Shown here piece after piece: positions 53,713 through 64,000 of a DNA stretch of 64,000 nt. The stretch spans positions 87,484,952 through 87,548,951 of the forward strand of contig NC_068983.1 in assembly GCF_001194135.2 (NCBI RefSeq), read 5' to 3'. The notes under the pieces are model-generated. The model had not been told where the DNA came from, ran no database searches, and saw only the letters and a program-made list of their open reading frames with translations. Numbering within the stretch: position 1 is the stretch's first letter; each line of letters starts with the position of its first letter. The stretch comes from Octopus bimaculoides (taxonomy: Eukaryota). A program made the position numbers and the translations under genes.

Positions 53713-55110
53713 TTACCTCTGCATGCATCCCACATTATTAAGCAAATCAACCTTCTCTCAATAAATAAATATATATTCGTTCAAAACCAGTTGTTTTCCC
53801 ACTGTCTGTTGGCAACTTTTATCTGCGCACATTCTGTTAAAATAAATTGGATCTGCACAGATGAAAACAAACAGCAGCCATTGTTGTGTAGCAGCAACAT
53901 TTCTGCTGTCCCAAATTATTAAGCAGGTGCCCAATTTAAGTCTCATTATGGGTCAGAAACGTGATCTTACCTCAAATGAGAAGTCTACCATAGTGTCAGA
54001 GTTTGGAAAAGGAAAAACAACCATGGAAATATCAAAAATACTGGGAAGAGATCACTGAATAGTGAAGAAATTTGTGCAGTCTCCTATTTCTCTTTGGTCA
54101 AGGGCAGATAAGGGTAAGTCAAGGATTGTTTCGAATCATACTTTGTCACGTGTGAAAAGGGAAGTTGTGCGGAATCCATGTCTGACAAGTAGAGAAGTCT
54201 TCAAATAGAAGACGTATGGAAAATTACCAGGCGTCACCTCTTGAAGCAGGTAGCCAGGAATGTTAAACCTGTTACAAGGTCCCCTCTGAAAGTTGTTCAT
54301 AAGCAGAAGAGACTGAAATGGGCAGAAGAATATATTAAGATAGATTTTTCAACAGTTCTGTTCATTGACGAATGCTATGCTACCCTTGATGGACCAGGTG
54401 GCTGGAGTAAATGTTGGGTACCGATCAGCATGAACCATCCTCATCGTTTGAAATGCCAACAGAGGGGAGGTGGGGTCATGTTATCGGCTGGCATCATTGG
54501 TAGTATGATCGTCAGGCCATGGGAAGTCCCAGGTGCCATTAAGATGACATCGAAAACATATGTTACCTTCTTAAAGGACAATTTCCAACTGTGGTTCAAA
54601 AAGTAAAAACTTTCATTCAAGAGAAAACTGGTCTTCATGCAAGATAAAGCCCCACCTCATGCAGCGAAGAATTCTAAGGAGTGCCTGCAGCAAATAGGCT
54701 TCTCTTGCAGGTTGATTGACAGAGTGGCTACCTTGTTCCCCAGACTTAAACCTGATCGAGAACATGTGGAATATCCTAAAGAGGCGCATTTACCAAGATG
54801 GACAGCAGTTTTCAAGTAAAGTTGTCCTCGGAGATGCTGCTCAAAGCATGACACAAGAGGATATCATCACCTTGACAAATTCAATGAATCAGCACTTAAG
54901 AAAGGTTGTTGCATGTGGAGGATCATACATCAAACATTAGGAGCTGTATGACATCATAATCCCATGATTATTTTCATTTGAACATATTATTATGTTTACC
55001 ATTAAGTCCTTTATGAATAATTTTGTTTGTTAAACCATCATTGTTGAATTAAATAAATGTTTGCTTTGACTTGATCATCATTTTTATTATACTTGCCTAA
55101 TAGTTCATGA
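53713..55110 (+). mobile_element. Decayed Tc1-family transposon
   Basis: MGQKRDLT..EK HTH start, VLFIDEC, MQDKAPPH, WLPCSPDLNLIENMW (DD34E-type); ends approximate. Confidence 0.88.
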
Positions 55111-55159
55111 CAGTGAAAATGTTGCCCAATCACAAAAATGAGCGCCAAATGTTGACATC

Positions 55160-55520
55160 TGCATGGCACCTGTGCCCTGTGTCGCCTTCCTGGCACTTGT
55201 GCCAGTGGCACATGTAAAGACATTTGAGCGAGGTCGTTGCCAGTGCCGCTGGACTGGCTCCTGTGCAGGTGGCACGTAAAATACACCGTTTTGAGCGTGG
55301 CCGTTGCCAGTACCGCCTGACTGGCATTCGTGCTGGTGGCACATAAAAGCACCCACTACACTCTCGGAGTGGTTGGCATTAGGAAGGGCATCCAGCTGTA
55401 GAAACTCTGTCAGATCAGATTGGAGCCTGGTGCAGCTATCTGGCTCACCAGTCCTCAGTCAAATCGTCCAACCCATGCTAGCATGGAAAGCGGATGTTAA
55501 ACGATGATGATGATGACGAT
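55160..55520 (+). mobile_element. RTE 3'-UTR/tail copy
   Basis: Matches 3500-3855 including repeat units and the (GAT)n tail. Confidence 0.85.
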
Positions 55521-56634
55521 GAGAATGTGCATAGATAGGTGTTGCCAACAGTCAGTGGACTGATCTCAAGGGCCTTGATTTTTAACATTTATACAAGTCT
55601 CAGACAATTATATCATCTACATACAATCTTGGAGTATTGGAATATGCAGATGAGCTTCAAAAGGGGACAACTTGGATTATAACCCTATCTACATGAATGT
55701 ATATATTCATATCTATATACACATGTGTGTGTGTGTGTGTGTATATATACACACACACACACTCACACTTTATTTGTATATTTACATACATAGCTTATAT
55801 GAACAAAATAAAGCAGCAATTCAGTTCAATTGAACTGAGATTTTCAAAAGAAATGTCAAGTAAATTACAAAACTAACCAGTTAAAATTGTGTACATAATG
55901 AGAAAGACAGTAAACATGTAGGTTTTGCCTATATTTGTTTGGCAGATTGGCATTATATTTCATCACATACTATGTAATGGAAGAAGGAGAAAAGGAAGGT
56001 GATGATCACCCAGTTGTAAAATACTGCCTCAATAGGTCTTCATTCAACCTATGACAGTGTAGAGAAGTGGATGTAAAAATTAAATGAATAAATATGTGCA
56101 TGTATGTATGTACATATACATATAAATACACACACACACACACACAAACGTGTATGTGCAATCTTGCATATTTATCACTTTACATGGTAAACACTGTTGG
56201 TAAAAATCCAATCATACTTGTGTGCGGTAAGTATGTTTCTCATTCCAAAAATATCCATCTCCTGTTCTTTCCGAAAAGTGCATTTGTTACTATTTCTAGT
56301 AAAATCAATGTTCTCATCAGGTTTTCATTTGACATCACTCAGAAATATGCCAATACTCTTTATGTGTTTTCTTTTTTCTAAACCGCATCAACTCTTTTAA
56401 GAAAATGCATAGATTTGCAGCATAATCAGTATATATTTTACAGTATTCATTTATTCATTTGTTACCTTTTGTGGACAATGGAATCATTGATAAAATGTTT
56501 GTTGTTAGATAATCACTGTTTCATAGCATGTCACAGATCGAAAGTGACAATCTAGTCTCTAAGTGTATTTCAAGGGACTTCATTCTTAAAGTAACAGACT
56601 TTTGTTTTTTTTTATTGATTTATATCTTTTGCTG

Positions 56635-56839
56635 GTGAGGCTGTGTAGTAAGAAGCTTACTTCCCAACCACATGGTTCTGGGTTCAGTCCCACTGCATGG
56701 CACCTTGGCAAGTGTCTTCTACTATAGCCTTGGGTAGAACAAAGCCTTGTGAGTGGATTTGGTAGACAGAAACTGAAAGAAGCTCATCATATACATACAT
56801 ACATATATATATGTATATATGTATATATGTATGTATTAT

Positions 56840-56871
<32 letters not shown>

Positions 56872-57100
56872 AGGTGTGCGTTTGTGTGTGTATCTTTGTG
56901 TTTGTCCCCCCATCACCACTTGTCAACCCGTGTTGGTGTGTTTACATCCCCATGACCTAGCAGTTCGGCAAAGAGAACAATACAATAAGTACTAGGCTTA
57001 AAACAATCAGTCCTGAGATCAATCTGTTCAATCAAAACTCTTCAAGGTGGTGCTTCAGCATTGCCACAGTCAACTGACTGAAACAAATAAAAGAAAAAGA
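56635..57100 (+). mobile_element. tRNA-derived SINE, abundant family
   Basis: A-box-like GGCTGTGTAGTAAG, B-box-like GGTTCAGTCCC, central GCACCTTGGCAAGTGTCTTCTACTATAGCC, internal microsatellite, AAAG-rich tail. Confidence 0.85.
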
Positions 57101-57998
57101 ATAAAAGAATAAATATATTGATGAAAGAGCTATCCATTGTTATTATCATCACATAAAGGCGACAGGCTGGCAGAACTGTTATCACACTGAACAAAATGCT
57201 TCATGACATTTTGTTTGTCTTTACATTCTGAGTTCAAATTCCACCGAGGTCAACTTTGCCTTTCATCCTTTCGGGGTGGATAAATTAAAGTATCAGCTGA
57301 ATACTGGGGTTGATATAATCAGCTTACTCCTCCCCTTAAACTGCTGGCCCTGTGCCAAAATTTGAAACCAATTATTATCATCACATCTGCTTCATGAACC
57401 ACTATTTTAGACAGATACGCTTGTTATGTCAACTCTAACTTTCAAGTAATGCACTTTATTTCTCTGATCTTTTTGCATTGAACTGCAAAGTAACTATTAA
57501 TAGAATATGCTACATACATACATATGCTACAATGTGCATTTTCACAGTTTCCATCTACCAGAATCCACTCCAAAGGTCAACTCAAGGCCATGAAGGAAGA
57601 AATTTACTCAAGTAATGTGCATAGGGATCAAACCTAAACCATATGGCTGTAAAACGAATTTCTCTACCACAGGGCCATACCTCAACAACTTTTTTAGTTA
57701 TGTCCCTTTAGGCTCCAAGTTCAAATCTGCCAAGTTAGAGATAGTGAAGACAGTGATAAAATGTACCATTAACACATAGTGCCAAAAAATATAACACAAA
57801 GATAAGGTAAAAGAAAAACAAATTGAATTACACTCATAAAATACAAGAACTTAGTAGGAAAAGTATCATGTTTCAAACAGATGGACTTCTTCTGAAAGAA
57901 TAGTCAAAGAAAGAAAAAAATGCAGAAGTAGAAGGACACAAGTGACTCCATCAAACAGTACACTTGGAGCAGTTTGGTTGTCTCTGATATTATATGTA

Positions 57999-58054
<56 letters not shown>

Positions 58055-58139
58055 TAATTTTCTAATTTATATATATATATATATAGGGATTTACTTTTTG
58101 TAATGAGATAAAAAAACCAAGGCTGTGTATATTTTATAT

Positions 58140-58400
58140 ACACTGACCAGCCAGAGAAGTAGCAGTTTTTTTGATCATTTTGGCAATTTCATGGCAATAT
58201 GTTTCTGCAGTAATGGTTTTTCTGGGTTTTAAGAAGTTATAGTGGATGAGTCCAGCAGTACACCACCAAACAGTCACCATAACTTTTTTTTTGAAGAGCT
58301 CAGGTTTAGGGAAGGTTTTTGGTACTTCACTGTGAAGAACATTTTTTATTATCATACAGAATCCACTTTTCATCGCAAATTACAATACGAACCCATACAC
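58140..58400 (-). mobile_element. Mariner internal fragment (same family as 59323-60381)
   Basis: KKVMVTVWWCTAGLIHYNFLKP nearly identical to the 59475-59894 ORF. Confidence 0.85.
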
Positions 58401-59322
58401 ATACATGAAACCTCTTGGACAGCCACATGATGTCAACAACAACTACCATGATGGCAACACTATGGGCAAATACACATACACAGAGGAATATAGAAACTTT
58501 ATTAATAAAGCATATTACTATACCTCCAGTATTCGAATATTATTTTTTCCACCTTTTTTCACATTTATGTGCTGGTATGTATGCATGTGTGTGTGTGTGT
58601 GTATGCCTATATCTGTGTATATGTATTATATATATGTATTATATTTATGTATAAATATGTATGTATTTATATGTATGCATTTATGTACTTGTTTGTATAA
58701 GTAGAATCCTGGTTCCAATAAAAATATTTGTTTTTTTTCTCACTTTCCTTCCGTTATGTAGTACGTGATGAAATATGATACCCATCTGCCAAACAAATAT
58801 AGGCAAAACCTACATGTTTACTGTCTTTCTGTTTATGTACACAACTTTAACTGGTTAGTTGCGTAAACCAGAACCATGTAGTTGGGAAGCAAACTTCTAT
58901 CACACCGCTATGCCTGCCCTGAAACTGTCAGATTAAATGATTTAGCCATTCCTTCATATTGCTTCTGTTGCTATTCATTGTCATTAACATTCCCCTATTC
59001 TAATGACCAACATCCTCCAATTTTTCAAGTAAGGTAATTTTTTTTATGTCACAAGTGGATACTTACAGGATATATCATTTACAAATAAGCAACAGAGTAA
59101 CTCAAGGTCTGAGAGTTTTGTGCATTGGCACTTATCAAACTAATCTCTACATATACTCATATTTTGAGTTTTATTTATCCTGTATGCACCAACATACATA
59201 TGTGTGTGCGTGTGTATTGGGTCATCTCATAAATAATGTGGTTTTTTCAACTGCATGAACTAAAAGTTGGAGGGGGACAGGATAAACTAACAGGATGAGT
59301 AAAACGTAAGCAACATTTTGTA

Positions 59323-60381
59323 ACGCCTTCTTTTGCAGGAAACTATCAAGGTACTTGAAAAAGTGGTAGTCGGTAGGAGAAAGGTCTGGGGAATAAGCTA
59401 GGTAGGGAAGAACTCCGTTGGCGAGTTCCCTCAACTTCTGGAGCATCATTAGTGAAACATATGGTTGAGCATTGTCATGGAGAATGACTGGCCTTCTTCT
59501 GTTGACCAGGTGGAAAAGTAGCAGTTTTTTTAATCATTTTGGCAATTTCATGGCAATATGTTTCTGCAGTAATGGTTTTTCCAGGTTTTAAGAAGTTATA
59601 GTGGATGAGTGCAGCAGTACACCACCAAACAGTCACCATAACCTTCTTTTTGAAGAGCTCGGGTTTAGAGAAGGTTTTTGGTGCTTCACTTTGGTCCAAC
59701 CACTGCAAAGAACATTTTTTATTATAGCACAGAATCCACTTTCCATTGCAAGTTACAATATGGTCGAGAAATGGATCGGTCTGGTTACGGAGAAGAAGTG
59801 ACGAGCAAATTTCATATCTGTGCATTCCCTGATTTTCATTCAAATCATGTGGTACCCATTTGTCAAGCTTTTTTGATTTTCCGATCACATGCAAATGGTT
59901 GCAGGCAGTCTTTTGGCTAACGTGAAATTCTTTTGCCAGTTCTCAAGTGGTTGTACATGGATCTTTCTCAATGACAGTCTCTAATTGATTGTCATTGATG
60001 ACAAAAGGGCGTCCACTATGCTCATGATCTTCAAGGCTCAGGTCTCCACTGTGAAATCATTTAAACCATTTTTGAACTGACCACTCACTGTCATTTCCTC
60101 ACCAAACGTTTCATTGATATCATGAGCAGTTTCAGCTGTTTTATGTCCTTTTTCAAGTTGAAGCAAAATTGCTTAAATATTGCACTTTGGCAGTTCCATT
60201 CCAGATGATTGCAACAATAGTGAAAAGAATAACAATGTTAATTTATTGGTGCATTTGGGCAAGTCTATGTCTGTATTATCAGACAATTTCAAAAAAATGT
60301 TTAAAAAATTTCAAAACTCTACAAAAATCCAGTACAAATTCTTCATGGTTCAAAACGTTGTTTACTTTCTACTTAACCTGA
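59323..60381 (-). mobile_element. Mariner element (inner), 3'-truncated, opposite orientation
   Basis: WVPHDL and YSPDLSPTDYHFF motifs; TA at both junctions (59321-59322, 60382-60383). Confidence 0.88.
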
Positions 60382-60668
60382 TACCTGCATCAACTTGCTA
60401 TAAAAGCAGGTAGTAATTTTACCTTGTCCTTATTCTTAGTGCAAGTTTTGAAGAGTACAATGCGATTTTAACAGTTATTTTTTCAAAGCTATAATGGAAA
60501 TGACAAAGGATCATATTCAGCATATTTTGCTTCATGTGTTCAATAAAGAAAACAACGTAACAGAAAGTGCGAGGAATATTAATGCAGTATATGGGGATCG
60601 GGCAATAAGCGTAAGCCAGTGTCAATGGAGGTTCCAGAAATTCCGAGCCAGGAACTACAGCCTAGAAG

Positions 60669-60902
60669 GCGGCGAGCTGGCAGAAACGTTAGCACTCCGG
60701 ACGAAATACTTAATGGTATTTTGTCTGCCGTTACGTTCTGAGTTCAAATTCTGCCGAGGTCGACTTTGCCTTTCATCCTTTCAGGGTCAATAAAATTAAG
60801 GACCAGTTACGCACTGGGGTCAATGTAATCGACTTAATCCCTTTGTCTGTCCTTGTTTGTCCCCTCTATGTTTAGCCCCTTGTGGGCAATAAAGAAATAA
60901 GA
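60669..60902 (+). mobile_element. SINE (GCGGCGAGCTGGCAGAA family) with 16-bp TSD
   Basis: TSD AACTACAGCCTAGAAG at 60653-60668 and 60903-60918; interrupts the mariner ORF; older copies near 8040, 18830, 24830, 45650 (-) and 57157 (+). Confidence 0.9.
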
Positions 60903-61833
60903 AACTACAGCCTAGAAGATGAGCCTTGTCCTGGAAGATATGTAGAGCTCGACAAGGACATCCTACAAACTCTGGTGGAACAAAATTCCATCGTAACTGT
61001 TGAGGAACTAGCAGAGAAGCTTGGATTTGGTCATTCAACCATTCATCAACACCTGCATGCCATCAGAAAAGTCAGCAAATTGGGTCAATGAGTTCCTCAC
61101 AAACTGTCTGAGTCTAATCATGTGCAGAGAGTGAATGAGTGCTCTTCTTTGTGGTCATGTCTCATGAATGAACCTTTTTTTTGGACTGAATAGTGACTGG
61201 TGACAAGAAATGGGTTCTCTATAAAAATGTCAAGCACCAAAGACAGTGGGTAGGGAAATGAGAAATACCGACACCCAGGTTAAAGAAGATCTTCACTCAC
61301 GTAAGGTGTTGTTATCTGTTTGGTAGGATATGAAAGGTCTAGTCCACTTTGAACTTTTAAACCCAAACCAAATGATAAGCTTGAATGGCTTAAGTCAGCA
61401 CTAGAAGAAAAATGACCATCTTTGGTTTCAAGACGAAAGGTGTTCTTCCATCAAGATAATGCTTGGCCACATACAGTGAGGATGACATTTCAAAGGCTGG
61501 AGCAGTTTGAATGGGAAAAGACTACCCTACCCACCATATTTGCTGAACATTGCCCCATCTGATTATCATATATTCTGCAGTCTTCAAAATCATTTGGATG
61601 GATAAATATGAATACTGTACACGATGTCAGAAAAGTACTAGAAAAGTATTTTTCGTCACAGACATGTGAATTTTGGAAGAGGGGCTTTGCAAGTCTACCT
61701 GATAGATGGAAGAGCATTGTAGAAAATGAAGGAGAGTATATTTTACATTTAAAAAGAACTTTGTTTATCTTAATTTTGAAAAATAAAAGCAGTATAAAGA
61801 AACTGCATTATTCATGGGATGACCCAATATATA

Positions 61834-62110
61834 TCTCAATATATAAAATCTGTTCTGTCTGTCTGTTTGTGCACTTATAACTCAAGTATTGTTCATTCGA
61901 TCGTGCTGAAATTTTAAACATGGATACATGAGAGAGCGGGGCATTCCGTAATCTAAAAAGATTTTCAAAATTGTTAGTTTCGAAGTGAGAATTGCTATTT
62001 TTGTAATCTTTATGTTCTGTTTGTTCCTCCATTAAAACAACTAGTTACTCAGACAGTCGGCACATACCATTTCGCTAGCAACAAGGGGAGTACAGGATGA
62101 CAGCCAGCTA
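61834..62110 (+). mobile_element. Possible short non-autonomous Helitron-like element
   Basis: A|TCTCAATATATAAAATCTGTTCTGTCTGTCTG start; 3' end uncertain. Confidence 0.45.
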
Positions 62111-62229
62111 AAATCGTTGCTATGCTGTCTCTCTTCTTTCCTCTCTCTGTGGGGTTAATAATCTTAATCTTTAGTTACAGTTTCTCATTCAAACTACATA
62201 ATAGGTAGAATTGCTGGATTAAGACAGTA

Positions 62230-62720
62230 GGGTGTTTTGAGGGAGACTTGCCCCAACAGGTCTTCACAAGCAGAGTTTAGTGCCCAATGAAGGAGAGGTT
62301 GGCATGGGTGCCAGTTGTCAAATTTGGTTAGATTTCTGTTTCAAATTCACTTGCCTCAAGCAGAGTTTAGTGTCCAATGAAGTAAAGATACGAATAAGTG
62401 AGCTGGCTACACTTCTGGCAGAGGCCACAGATTATGCTCTTACTTGGCGGGTCTTCTCATGCACAGCATATTTCCAAAGGTCACGGTCAATAGTCATTGC
62501 CTCGCTGAGGCCTAAAGTTCGAAGGTCGTGCTTCACCACCTCATCCCAGGTCTTCCTGGGTCTACTTCTTCCACAGGTTCCCTCAACCGCTAAGGTGTGG
62601 CACTTTTTCACACAGCTCTTTGTCACCAGCAGAGGTAAGAGCTCTCTGAACTTTGCTCAGGCTATTCTTATTCTAGCAGCTACACTTTCAGTGCACCCTC
62701 TCCCGCTACTAACTACTATA
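62230..62720 (-). mobile_element. RTE LINE 3' fragment with internal deletion
   Basis: High identity to 2610-2698 joined directly to 2970-3260 of the long copy. Confidence 0.88.
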
Positions 62721-63056
62721 GTTTACCAATAAATAGGAAAGTATAAATATATTGTAAACATGATAGAAAGTACAAATGGTAGAAGGAGGTCTATAAACCT
62801 ATACAGCTCCATTGACTAGAGATAATGATAAATGACCAGCTTGAAAAAGCTGATTTGAATCACTAAAAAGGGTGAATAGTAACTTGACCTAGTTCTTCTG
62901 AACTATGCCTATCCCTTATCCAGTGAGGTCAAAAATCAGCCTCTAGCTATTTTTGAACAGAATCCAAGACACATAGGCAACAATTAAATTGAAATGAACT
63001 CTCCATCTGTTAGGATATATGAAAAAATAATGGGCAATTTTTACCTTGATAAACTT

Positions 63057-63154
63057 TTGCCCTGACGAAGGGTTTTTGTATTTTCAAATTCATAATGCAA
63101 TTAAATTGCATAAACATGGATTTAAGTAATTACAACCAAAACATACGTAGGCAA
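63057..63154 (+). ncRNA. Decayed hammerhead ribozyme motif
   Basis: TTGCC-CTGACGA-long stem II-AAAA(GAAA decayed)-C-ATAC-GTA-GGCAA. Confidence 0.45.
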
Positions 63155-63852
63155 CATGAATTGACTATTATTATAATAAATACATTGATTATTCTGAGTA
63201 CACTTTCTCCAATTTCTTTGCATTGTTAAATTCTTCCTCTATATCAAAAAGATGAAAACATTTATAGTGACAACTGGGACTTCAAGATTGTAAGGTACTA
63301 ATCATCGGAGGAAAACATATATATATATAACGAGTGTTAAATAAATCTATGTTTTCCTCCGATGATTAGTACCTTACAATCTTGAAGTCCCAGTTGTCAC
63401 TATAAATGTTTTCAACTGGGACTTCAAGATTGTAAGGTACTAATCATCGGAGGAAAACATAGACTTATTTAACACTCGTTCTATGTTTTCCTCTGATGAT
63501 TAGTACCTTACAATCTTGAAGTCCCAGTTGTCACTATAAATGTTTTCATCTTTTATATATATATATATAAATTTAAATGAGAGCTCAAAACTGATCCATT
63601 GAAAGTACTTTATTATAATAATAATGAAAATGACCTATGATCATTTTGATGCAATATCCAGATTGATTCATGCATATTATAAAATATGGGATACTGCATC
63701 TCCTCAGGGCCTTATTATTATTAGTAGTAGGCAGACAATAAAAATAGATAACATTCATATACAATTTTCATAGTTGACCTATGAAAACATGCAAAAAAAA
63801 CAGTTGAAAAGACATGAGATGATATACAACCGTACATCATAATGGTGTTGAA

Positions 63853-63894
<42 letters not shown>

Positions 63895-64000
63895 TACATA
63901 TATATACACACACATATATATACATACATACTGTTGATATTATGCAAAAGTGCTGTAAGTCCAAAACGTTGCTTTTTCAGAAAATGAAAAAATAGTCTCA

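Larger units (their letters stand above)
59217..61827 (+). mobile_element. Mariner element (outer) interrupted by a second mariner and a SINE
   Basis: TIRs TA|TTGGGTCATCTCATAAATAATG and CATTATTCATGGGATGACCCAA|TA; transposase MEMTKDHI...VPHKL...HQDNA..APSDYH; removing the inserts leaves about 1300 bp. Confidence 0.9.

Noticed and set aside
54145-54154. GTCACGTGTG resembling a CLEAR/TFEB E-box upstream of a lysosomal gene
   Set aside because: Single site inside the Tc1 transposase sequence, about 6 kb from the ATG, promoter unknown; expected by chance
56255-56325. Minus-strand CTGATGA ... GAAA
   Set aside because: No NUH triplet or stem I/III pairing
56635-56710. tRNA-like A/B boxes
   Set aside because: SINE heads without a full cloverleaf; not tRNA genes
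63915-63975. CTGTTGA ... CCAAAACGTT hammerhead-like spacing
   Set aside because: Two core mismatches and no stem I

Overview
AT-rich, repeat-dense animal genomic DNA with four N gaps. The repeat families and microsatellite load suggest an octopus/coleoid cephalopod (inference from recognised RTE and tRNA-SINE families, not a database hit). One protein-coding gene could be fully reconstructed by hand on the minus strand: an acid sphingomyelinase (SMPD1-type). It has 13 coding exons from 48011 down to 10373, all GT-AG with compatible phases, giving 1701 nt / 566 aa with signal peptide, saposin-B domain and all five metallophosphoesterase motifs intact. Introns and flanks hold decayed transposons: RTE LINEs and their 3' tails, tRNA-derived SINEs, piggyBac, hAT/Buster, Tc1, nested mariners, non-autonomous Helitrons and MITEs. 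The most unusual signals are (i) three Penelope-type minimal hammerhead-ribozyme motifs, two on the sense strand of SMPD1 introns; (ii) a series of snap-back palindromes next to (TA)n tracts; (iii) a telomere-like TTAGGG array between long inverted repeats; and (iv) an apparent sense-strand bias of retroposons inside the gene. TE boundaries without TIR/TSD evidence are approximate.
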